32,000 bases of DNA from an uncultured Eubacteriales bacterium (GTDB taxonomy: Bacteria; Bacillota; Clostridia; TANB77; SIG350), in NCBI GenBank assembly GCA_964520895.1, contig CAZFOR010000003.1:21823-53822 (forward strand), given 5' to 3'. Every line of letters begins with the position of its first letter. Within the stretch, counting starts at the first letter, position 1. Of this stretch, positions 1-6,949 are shown piece after piece. Both the position numbers and the translations under genes were made by a program. The notes beneath the pieces were generated by a model. The model was not told the DNA's origin, did not search any database, and saw only the letters and a program-made list of their open reading frames with translations.

Positions 1-1
1 A

Positions 2-349
2 ATGAGTAAAATAACTAAAAAAGAGTTTGAAACATTTTTAATATTGTTAAATCCTATTGCTCCACATATGACAGAGGAAATATGGCAAAATATAGGATTA
101 AATGGGCAAATAGCACAAGCAAATTGGCCAACATTTGATGAGAGTAAGACAATTGATAATGAAATAGAAATTCCAATACAAGTAAATGGAAAAGTAAAAG
201 AAGTTATAATAGTGTCAGTAGATGCTAATGAGCAAGAGGTAAAAGATATAGTGCATAATAATGAAAATATATGTAATATACTAAAAGATAAAACTATTGT
301 TAAAGAAATATATGTAAATGGTAAGATATATAATATAGTTGTTAGATAA
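2..349 (+). CDS. leuS: Leucine--tRNA ligase, C-terminal fragment (5' part is outside the window)
   Basis: The ORF is open from the window edge. The translation FLILLNPIAPHMTEEIW...WPTFDE...EIPIQVNGKVK matches the conserved C-terminal region of bacterial LeuS. Confidence 0.85.
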   Translation: MSKITKKEFETFLILLNPIAPHMTEEIWQNIGLNGQIAQANWPTFDESKTIDNEIEIPIQVNGKVKEVIIVSVDANEQEVKDIVHNNENICNILKDKTIVKEIYVNGKIYNIVVR

Positions 350-370
350 TGTGTTTTAAATATGTAAAAT

Positions 371-408
371 ATAAGAGTTATAGTAATAAAAATTATTATA
401 ATTCTTAT
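371..408 (+). terminator. Hairpin downstream of leuS (candidate terminator)
   Basis: 17-nt arms ATAAGAGTTATAGTAAT / ATTATTATAATTCTTAT (two G-U pairs as RNA) with a 4-nt loop, 22 nt after the leuS stop. The trailing U-tract is weak. Confidence 0.45.
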
Positions 409-472
409 ATTATGTATAATGTTATTAATAATTGCATATAATACCTATAAGTTAAAAAAAACCAATAATTAT

Positions 473-501
473 TTGATTTTTTTTAACTTATAGGGTATAA
501 T
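473..501 (+). promoter_or_regulatory. Sigma-A type promoter overlapped by an 18-bp perfect inverted repeat (444-461 / 477-494)
   Basis: TTGATT-17 nt-TATAAT lies 20 nt upstream of the 521 start. The right arm of CCTATAAGTTAAAAAAAA / TTTTTTTTAACTTATAGG fills the spacer. Confidence 0.45.
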
Positions 502-520
502 ATGATAAAGAGGTGGTAAT

Positions 521-1813
521 ATGGAAAGAGAGATTATAAATGATTTACTTAAATGGAAACAGTCAAATAATAGAAAACCTTTAATTGTTCATGGAGCTAG
601 GCAAGTTGGTAAAACATATATAATAAAACAGTTTGGTAAAGAAAATTATGACAATTTAATATATGTTAATCTTGAAACAAATAAAGAAATAAGTGATCAG
701 ATTAATGTAAATATTACTCCTGAATTTATTATAAATAAATTAGAACTTTTTTATGGAGAAAAAATAATTCCAGAAAAAACATTAATATTTTTTGATGAAA
801 TACAAGTAAATGAAAGAGCACTGACATCACTTAAATATTTTTGTGAAGATGCACCAAATTATCATGTAATTGCTGCTGGTTCATTACTTGGGATAGCAAT
901 AAATAGAGAGAATTATTCATTCCCAGTTGGAAAAGTAAGTATGTTAAATATGTATCCATTATCATTTAAAGAATTTTTAGTAGCAATTGGAAGAAATGAT
1001 TTAATAGATGAGATAAAGAAACATTTTGATACTAATGAAAGAATGGATACAACTATACACGAATTATGTTTGGAATTGTATAGAACATATTTAATAGTTG
1101 GTGGAATGCCAGAGGTAATAAAAACATATTTAGAAGAAAAAAAGATTATAGCTACAATAGATATACAATCTATTATATTAGATTCTTATGTAAGAGATAT
1201 GACAAAATATGCAGATAACTCTCAATCAAATAAGATAATATCAGCATTTGATTCAATACCAGTACAATTAGCTAAGGAAAATCAAAAATTCCAATATAAA
1301 GTAATTTCAAAAGGTGGAACGTCAAGTATTTTTGGACCAGCTGTATTATGGCTAAAAAATAGTGGTATAATAAATCAGGTATTTAAAGTGTCTGCTCAAA
1401 TGCCACTTGAAATGTATAAAGATTTATCATCATTTAAAATATATATGAGTGATGTGGGATTATTTGTTAATAAAGCAAAATACCCTTTATATCAAATTGA
1501 TTTAAAACAACAACCAACTATGATATCAATGGGTCCTCTTACAGAAAATTATGTTGCAAATGAGTTAAAGGTAAATGGATATGAGTTATATTATTGGGAA
1601 TCTAATGGAATGGCAGAATTGGATTTTCTAATTCAAAAAGAAGATAATATTATACCAATTGAAGTTAAATCTAGTGTGCATACAAAAGGTAGGAGTTTAA
1701 GTTTATATATGACAGATAATAATCCGAAGTATGGAATTAGAATTTCAGAAAAAAACTTTGGGTTTGAAAATAATATAAAATCAGTACCATTATATTCAGT
1801 ATTTTGTATATAG
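521..1813 (+). CDS. AAA+ ATPase with C-terminal PD-(D/E)xK-like domain (AAA_14/DUF4143-type, COG1373-like)
   Basis: RBS AAGAGGTGG. Walker A is GARQVGKT and Walker B is LIFFDEIQ. The C-terminal ELDFLI...IPIEVK resembles a restriction-endonuclease-fold D...ExK motif. 430 aa. Confidence 0.85.
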   Translation: MEREIINDLLKWKQSNNRKPLIVHGARQVGKTYIIKQFGKENYDNLIYVNLETNKEISDQINVNITPEFIINKLELFYGEKIIPEKTLIFFDEIQVNERALTSLKYFCEDAPNYHVIAAGSLLGIAINRENYSFPVGKVSMLNMYPLSFKEFLVAIGRNDLIDEIKKHFDTNERMDTTIHELCLELYRTYLIVGGMPEVIKTYLEEKKIIATIDIQSIILDSYVRDMTKYADNSQSNKIISAFDSIPVQLAKENQKFQYKVISKGGTSSIFGPAVLWLKNSGIINQVFKVSAQMPLEMYKDLSSFKIYMSDVGLFVNKAKYPLYQIDLKQQPTMISMGPLTENYVANELKVNGYELYYWESNGMAELDFLIQKEDNIIPIEVKSSVHTKGRSLSLYMTDNNPKYGIRISEKNFGFENNIKSVPLYSVFCI

Positions 1814-1855
1814 TAAATAATAAAATAAAAGATATAATATATAAATAAATTTATA

Positions 1856-2728
1856 TTATATCTTTTTTATATTTTCAATTCTTTTATTTAAATCAATATG
1901 ATAAGAGAATTTTTTAGAAGTTTTTTGTTTTATTAATGGATTTACAAAAAACATATTTGCACATGCTCTACTGTATATAATATTTAAATCATTTGTTTCA
2001 ATGCATTTTTGTAATGTGTTTGCTGCAGATATTGATTTTTCTGTTATTTTGATAGCTTCTTTATCATTTATTAACTCTAAGTTTTTATTTACAAATAAAT
2101 GTATAATCTTTACGTTTATAGGAGTAAAAAATACGAAAAGTGTAGTAAGTAATAATTTCATAAAGCTTTCACTTTCTCTACCTCTTTTTTGTACAGCTCT
2201 AAATATACTTCTAAAGAACTTGTCAGATAATATAATTAAATAACCAAATGTTACGGTTGAGATAGTTGCAAGCGATGTATCTCGTTTTAGAATTTTAATC
2301 ATTTCATATGTAAGTAAATATTCTAGTTCACTATCATTTAGCTTTTCAAAACATCCTTTTGTTAAACAAATACTTGACTTTTTTATACTTCTACCAATAG
2401 AGATACTATTTATGTTTTTATCATTTATATAATATATAGTAGGTATTGGTATTTCAAGATTACTTGAAATTGATTGCAATATAGGTTTGATTCTACGTTC
2501 ATGTTCTAAAGGTAATTTGCTTACATAATTTAATTTTAATAATATTTTATTAGAGAATACTATTAATACTAGATGTATAAATATAGATATTGAACATTCA
2601 ATTATTATTGATTTATATAACGGATATATAAATTGTAAAATTGCAAATAAAATTGCAGAAAGTATTATTAAGTTTATTGTAATAACAATAACTACATTTG
2701 TTATATTTTTATTTATGCTTATTTCCAT
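1856..2728 (-). CDS. HtpX/M48-like integral membrane protein with a degenerate active site
   Basis: It has N-terminal and central TM segments. The segment IPIPTIYYINDKNINSISIGR...LNDSELEYLLTYEMIKILKRD aligns to the HtpX region ...NAFATG...LxxxELxGVLAHELxHIxxxD, but HEXXH is replaced by YEMIK. Confidence 0.6.
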   Translation of the reverse strand: MEISINKNITNVVIVITINLIILSAILFAILQFIYPLYKSIIIECSISIFIHLVLIVFSNKILLKLNYVSKLPLEHERRIKPILQSISSNLEIPIPTIYYINDKNINSISIGRSIKKSSICLTKGCFEKLNDSELEYLLTYEMIKILKRDTSLATISTVTFGYLIILSDKFFRSIFRAVQKRGRESESFMKLLLTTLFVFFTPINVKIIHLFVNKNLELINDKEAIKITEKSISAANTLQKCIETNDLNIIYSRACANMFFVNPLIKQKTSKKFSYHIDLNKRIENIKKI

Positions 2729-2754
2729 TTTAATTAAAAAACCTTTCTAATAAT

Positions 2755-2783
2755 AAAACACATAGATAATCTCTATGTGTTTT
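2755..2783 (-). terminator. Rho-independent terminator hairpin after the 2798-3301 gene
   Basis: Perfect 12-bp stem AAAACACATAGA / TCTATGTGTTTT with a 5-nt loop and flanking A/T runs, 15 nt downstream of the minus-strand stop. Confidence 0.65.
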
Positions 2784-2797
2784 ATGTAATAATATCA

Positions 2798-3301
2798 TTA
2801 TTGAGCAACAGCACTAGTAATATCACTTTCTATACTATCTACAATTTTCTTTTTTTCTTTTTTCTTATATGTTCCATTTATTAATTGAGGAACATATGTA
2901 ATTACTTTATAAAATAATAGTTTTAATTTTTTACCAAATAAATAACTTTTTCTAAGCTTTCTTGTAGGTGTTAATGAATCGCTTTTCTTTGAAATTACTA
3001 ATTCATTTTTTTCTACAACAAAAGAATAATTATGACCTTCGTTATTATCCCAATTAGATTTATCATCTTTGAAACAACAATTGAACAAATCAGTATTTGG
3101 TATATCTATTTCAACTTCATATCCTACATCTGTTTTTGTCATTTCTATTTCAGATACATCTGACCATAATAGGCCATATCCATAATGTATAAATACTCTT
3201 TCTGCACCATTTAGAAATAATGTTCCACAATATGAAATTTTTGTTTTTGAATTTTCAACTATTTTATCATTACTAAAAAATATATTTCTATTTAATTCCA
3301 T
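2798..3301 (-). CDS. Hypothetical protein with a carbohydrate-binding-module-like domain (CBM25/53-like)
   Basis: 167-aa ORF with RBS AGGAGTG. The motif SNWDNNEGHNYSF after a beta-rich segment is typical of starch/glycan-binding modules. The C-terminus is Lys-rich. Confidence 0.45.
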   Translation of the reverse strand: MELNRNIFFSNDKIVENSKTKISYCGTLFLNGAERVFIHYGYGLLWSDVSEIEMTKTDVGYEVEIDIPNTDLFNCCFKDDKSNWDNNEGHNYSFVVEKNELVISKKSDSLTPTRKLRKSYLFGKKLKLLFYKVITYVPQLINGTYKKKEKKKIVDSIESDITSAVAQ

Positions 3302-3584
3302 TATTTACACTCCTTAATAATAAGTTTTATCTTTTGCTACACACATTATATTATTTTATTGTATAAACTTCAAGTCTTTTTTATAAAAAAGTAGTATTTT
3401 TGTAAAAAATAATATAATTGTAATAATATTGTAATATTTTACATGTTTTAATTATAATATTTTGTATAAAATTGTTAAGAAGTATCAAGATAAAAATACA
3501 ATTTATATCAAAAATCATTAACAATTATATACAAACAAACATAATATATATTAAGCATTAGCTAAAATATATTAGGAGGTAGTT

Positions 3585-4052
3585 ATGGAATTTGATAAAG
3601 GGATATGTCCAATAGTTGATATTGATGGAGCAATAGCATGTGGTAAGCAATTTGATTTAGATATTACATTACCAGAAGATAATAGAGATGTAATATATGG
3701 AATAGTAAGAGATTGTTATAAAGATCCAGTAAAAGATGCTGTTGTTAAATTAATTGAAGTTGTATATGAATGTGGTAAACAAGATAGAAGACCTGTTTCT
3801 CATACTTTTACAGACTGTGAAGGAGAATTTGTATTTGGTCCACTTTGTAAAAATAAGCAATATGAAATACAGATATGGGTAAATAAAGTTAATCATGCGA
3901 AAGTTTGTGCAAAATGTGAAAGAGATGGAGAATGTTTAAAAGGAATAAAGATGGATTGCAAAGATTTTAATCAATGTAATAAATGTATGCATAGAAGTGA
4001 TGAAGTAATAGAAGAATTACAACAAGATGAGATATTAGAAATTACAGAATAG
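3585..4052 (+). CDS. Cys-rich protein with a CarboxypepD_reg-like beta-sandwich core
   Basis: Strong RBS AGGAGG. IYGIVRD...PVKDAVVKLIEV...TDCEGEFVFGPL...YEIQIW fits the carboxypeptidase-regulatory-like fold pattern. It has 12 Cys, including the C-terminal CAKCERDGEC...CKDFNQCNKC, and an acidic tail. Confidence 0.55.
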   Translation: MEFDKGICPIVDIDGAIACGKQFDLDITLPEDNRDVIYGIVRDCYKDPVKDAVVKLIEVVYECGKQDRRPVSHTFTDCEGEFVFGPLCKNKQYEIQIWVNKVNHAKVCAKCERDGECLKGIKMDCKDFNQCNKCMHRSDEVIEELQQDEILEITE

Positions 4053-4289
4053 AAAATAACTAAATAGAAATATAGGGGAATACTTGTTTAAAAAGGATAG
4101 GTATTTCTTTATTTTTATATAAATAACAGTATATATTATGTAAATAATTACAAACTGTTTACATTTAGAGGTTGATAACCATTTCCAAATAATGCTAAAA
4201 TTTATATGTAATACTTTTTATAATATATAATCAATCACAATAATTGTGAAAAGTTCAATGACAAAAATAAAAATATGGAGGGAAACAAA

Positions 4290-4412
4290 ATGACTTATTT
4301 AACACAAGGCTTAAAACAAAATATGAATTCAGTTGTAATGCCAAAATGGTACACATTTATGGTCTTATTTTGTTATACCTTTATATCAGTTTACATGACA
4401 TGGTTTATTTAA
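4290..4412 (+). CDS. 40-aa small hydrophobic peptide
   Basis: GGAGGG RBS lies 7 nt upstream of the ATG. Translation is MTYLTQGLKQNMNSVVMPKWYTFMVLFCYTFISVYMTWFI, with a single C-terminal TM. A strong terminator follows. It falls below the ORF-track cutoff. Confidence 0.4.
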   Translation: MTYLTQGLKQNMNSVVMPKWYTFMVLFCYTFISVYMTWFI

Positions 4413-4445
4413 TACTTAAATAAATTAATATGAATTTAAAAATTC

Positions 4446-4480
4446 AAGATGTGTTGATATAAAGTCAGCACATCTTTTTT
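4446..4480 (+). terminator. Rho-independent terminator
   Basis: AAGATGTGTTGA / TCAGCACATCTT stem (one G-U pair) with a 7-nt loop, followed by a T-run. Confidence 0.7.
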
Positions 4481-4510
4481 ATATATAAAAATAAAATTAT
4501 AAAGGAGTGT

Positions 4511-4999
4511 ATGAAAATGACTATTATCAATGTAAACAATTTGGTGAAGAACTATGAGACAAAAGAGGCTGTAAAAAACATTTCATTTTCAATTAATGAA
4601 GGTGAAGTAGTAGCATTTATTGGACCAAATGGGGCAGGAAAAACAACAACCGTTAAAATTCTTACAGGCATTTTACATCCGACTAGTGGAAATGCTCAGG
4701 TTTGTGGAATTATACCTTGGGAAAAAAGAATGAAACTAGGGTATAATATTGGATGTTTGTTTGGACAAAAAAGTCAATTAAATCAAGCTCTTCCAGTTAT
4801 AGATAGCTATATTCTTCTAGGAGCAATATATGATATAGATAAGGAAGAGTTAATGAAAAGAATTGATGAGTATGCAACATATTTTGGTGTCAAAAAACTT
4901 ATAACTAAAAAAGCAAGTTATAATTGTGCTAGAGAAAAATATTTTTCAAATTTAAAAAAGTTTATTAAATGGAGTAATTATAATCCAATTAATTGTTGA
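4511..4999 (+). pseudogene. ABC transporter ATP-binding protein, 5' fragment only
   Basis: Walker A (GPNGAGKTT) and the Q-loop region (LFGQKSQL) are present. The ABC-like sequence stops near aa 133. There is no LSGGQ signature, Walker B or H-loop. The remaining about 30 codons are unrelated read-through into the next promoter. Confidence 0.75.
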
Positions 5000-5024
5000 C
5001 ATAATTCTGAAATGATGATATAAT
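4996..5024 (+). promoter_or_regulatory. Consensus sigma-A promoter for the rSAM/peptide cassette
   Basis: TTGACA (4996-5001), a 17-nt spacer, then TATAAT (5019-5024). It lies 60 nt upstream of the 5085 start. Confidence 0.6.
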
Positions 5025-5084
5025 AAGCGAAATTGTAAATATTTTTTTAATTGACTTAAAAATTTTTTAAGGAGGTAATGTGTT

Positions 5085-6194
5085 ATGGTAACGAGAGATC
5101 CTAATACCAAAGTAAAAACGCTGATGTTAACAGTGACAGAATCGTGCAATTTGTGTTGCGTTTATTGTTATGAACATAATAAGACTGCAAATGCAATGAG
5201 TTTTGAGACAGCTAAACGGATAATTGATGAAGAATTTATGGCAGATGATGGGTTTGAAGCAATTGAAGTTCAGTTTTTTGGTGGTGAGCCATTTGTTGAA
5301 TTTGAATTAATGAAGCAAGTTCATGATTATGTATATTCACTTGAGACGAAAAAAGAAAGAATTTGTTTTGCAATAACAAATGGTACATATGTACATGGCG
5401 AAATTCAGAAATGGTTAAGAAAACACAAAGACACATTTTGCGTTGGATTAAGCTTAGATGGAACAAAGAAAATGCATGATATGAACAGAAGGAAACATAA
5501 TGGAGAAGGTTCTTTTGAGGATATTGACATTGGCTTTTATAAAGAGTGTTGGCCTTTCCAAGACATCAAAATGACAGTTTCAAGACAAACTTTACCATAT
5601 CTTGCAGAAGGCATCATGTATATTCAAAATTTGGGATTTAATGGTGCAGGAAGTTTTGCTTATGGAATTGACTGGGATTTGGAGAAAGATTTGCCAATTT
5701 TGGAAAAGCAACTTGACATACTTGTCGATTATTACATTAAAAATCCTAGTGTTTCAGTTGCAAAGATTATTTCTATGCCAATTCAAAATATTGAATATAC
5801 CTTGGAAGAAGGATTTAAATGGTGTGGTGCAGGAACACAGATGAAATGTTATGATGTTAATGGAAATGTATTTCCATGTCAATTTTTTATGGGATTGACA
5901 ATAGGAGAACTGTCCAAAATCAACGAAAATGTTTTTCAACAAAAAGATGTGAAACTTGTAGATGACAAATGTGCTAGTTGTCCTTTGTATTCCATATGTC
6001 CAACTTGTTATGGTGTAAATTACGCTGAATCGGGTAATCTTTATGAAAGAGATGATGCACATTGTGAAATAAACAAGAGAATAATCCTTGCTAATGCAAA
6101 GATACAGTATCACAAGATAACAGCAAAAGATCAAATAACGGTGGATGATTATTATATTCTCAAAGCAATAGAGAATATCAATAATTTTCTATAA
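5085..6194 (+). CDS. Radical SAM/SPASM-domain peptide-modifying enzyme (anSME/QhpD-like, no N-terminal RRE)
   Basis: RBS AAGGAGG lies 9 nt upstream. CX3CX2C is at C21/C25/C28 (SCNLCCVYCYE), followed by FGGEPF and GTKKMHDMNRR. The C-terminal auxiliary-cluster cysteines are WCGAG..C-x10-C, CASCPLYSICPTC and HC. 369 aa. Confidence 0.9.
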   Translation: MVTRDPNTKVKTLMLTVTESCNLCCVYCYEHNKTANAMSFETAKRIIDEEFMADDGFEAIEVQFFGGEPFVEFELMKQVHDYVYSLETKKERICFAITNGTYVHGEIQKWLRKHKDTFCVGLSLDGTKKMHDMNRRKHNGEGSFEDIDIGFYKECWPFQDIKMTVSRQTLPYLAEGIMYIQNLGFNGAGSFAYGIDWDLEKDLPILEKQLDILVDYYIKNPSVSVAKIISMPIQNIEYTLEEGFKWCGAGTQMKCYDVNGNVFPCQFFMGLTIGELSKINENVFQQKDVKLVDDKCASCPLYSICPTCYGVNYAESGNLYERDDAHCEINKRIILANAKIQYHKITAKDQITVDDYYILKAIENINNFL

Positions 6195-6223
6195 ATTATT
6201 TTTTTTGAAAGGAGGAAAACATA

Positions 6224-6427
6224 ATGCTGAAACTTTCAAAAGACCAAATGGTATCTGTTGCTAACTTGATTAAAGCTAATTTGAAGTTTGAAAGTAGAAC
6301 TCCTATATTAGCGTCAGCGGGAGGATGCAATAGCTGCAATGGTGGATGCCAGAGTAGCTGTGGCGGATGCAGCGGAGGTTGTGGAACAGGTAATACTTGT
6401 GCAGTAACATTAGACATTTTTACATGA
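6224..6427 (+). CDS. Gly/Cys-repeat RiPP precursor peptide (67 aa)
   Basis: RBS GAAAGGAGG. The start is 29 nt after the rSAM stop. The 34-aa leader has no Cys and ends ILASAGG. The core is CNSCNGGCQSSCGGCSGGCGTGNTCAVTLDIFT, with 7 Cys. A hairpin terminator follows. Confidence 0.8.
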   Translation: MLKLSKDQMVSVANLIKANLKFESRTPILASAGGCNSCNGGCQSSCGGCSGGCGTGNTCAVTLDIFT

Positions 6428-6479
6428 TGCACATTACCTAATTACTAATGATTAATTAATCTATATTAGATTAAAGTAA

Positions 6480-6517
6480 AAAACTCAGTTATTTCGAAAG
6501 ATATAACTGAGTTTTGC
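6480..6517 (+). terminator. Hairpin terminator after the precursor gene
   Basis: AAACTCAGTTAT / ATAACTGAGTTT 12-bp stem with a 10-nt loop and a short T-run. Confidence 0.6.
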
Positions 6518-6597
6518 TATATATGAAAGTAAATTAAATATATGAATTATAACATTGTAAAACAAATAATATATTAAGTTGTTATATTTAAATATAT

Positions 6598-6692
6598 AAC
6601 TCAAAAAATAAATCAGCTATATCTATTGATATAACTGATTTATTTATGGAGCCGGCTGCCGGAATTGAACTGGCGACCTACTGATTACAAGT
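6598..6692. repeat. Direct repeat copy 1: orphan 3' 46 nt of tRNA-Thr plus 49 nt of its downstream terminator region (att-like)
   Basis: It matches 8740-8835 base for base, except for one A fewer in the A-run after AACTC. It ends abruptly inside the anticodon loop sequence (…GATTACAAGT). Confidence 0.9.
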
Positions 6693-6876
6693 TGATATAT
6701 ACATATTCTAGTATTTATTATTATTTCTATAAATGTAGTGTTATGCGGTATTTGTTCTATTGTATATCTTGTCTAGTAGTATATTTTATTGCTATATTTT
6801 TTTATTTATGTGAGCAAAATGTGAGTAAAAAGTTATAAAATTCTATTAGGTGTTAATAATATGTATTGATTTATAC

Positions 6877-6931
6877 TCGAAAAGTAGTCGAAAAGTACTC
6901 GAAAAGTACTCGAAAAGTAGTCGAAAAGTAT
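6877..6931. repeat. Five contiguous copies of an 11-bp unit TCGAAAAGTA(G/C/T)
   Basis: Read directly: TCGAAAAGTAG TCGAAAAGTAC TCGAAAAGTAC TCGAAAAGTAG TCGAAAAGTAT, followed by a short AAGTAT/ATACTT hairpin. Confidence 0.85.
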
Positions 6932-6949
6932 TGAAAAAAAATACTTGTT

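Noticed and set aside
4952-6134. Overlapping ORFs 4952-5149(-), 5236-5466(-), 5602-5844(+) and 5754-6134(-) within or next to the rSAM gene.
   Set aside because: The rSAM frame carries all diagnostic motifs. The alternatives lack RBSs and any motif.
6224-6427. Calling the precursor a canonical SCIFF peptide.
   Set aside because: Length (67 aa), 7 rather than 6 Cys, the position downstream of the enzyme and a much shorter RRE-less maturase all differ from the SCIFF arrangement as I know it. I kept it as 'SCIFF/ranthipeptide-like, class unresolved'.
6196-6432. 78-aa minus-strand ORF rich in Pro/Leu/His (…PPLHPPQLLWHPPLQLLHPP…) overlapping the precursor gene.
   Set aside because: It is the antisense shadow of the GGN/TGC-rich core. 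It has no RBS, whereas the plus-strand ORF has a strong RBS, correct spacing after the rSAM gene and a terminator.
6877-6931. Possible CRISPR array.
   Set aside because: The units are only 11 bp and contiguous with no spacers, and there are no cas genes. It is a simple tandem or iteron-like array.
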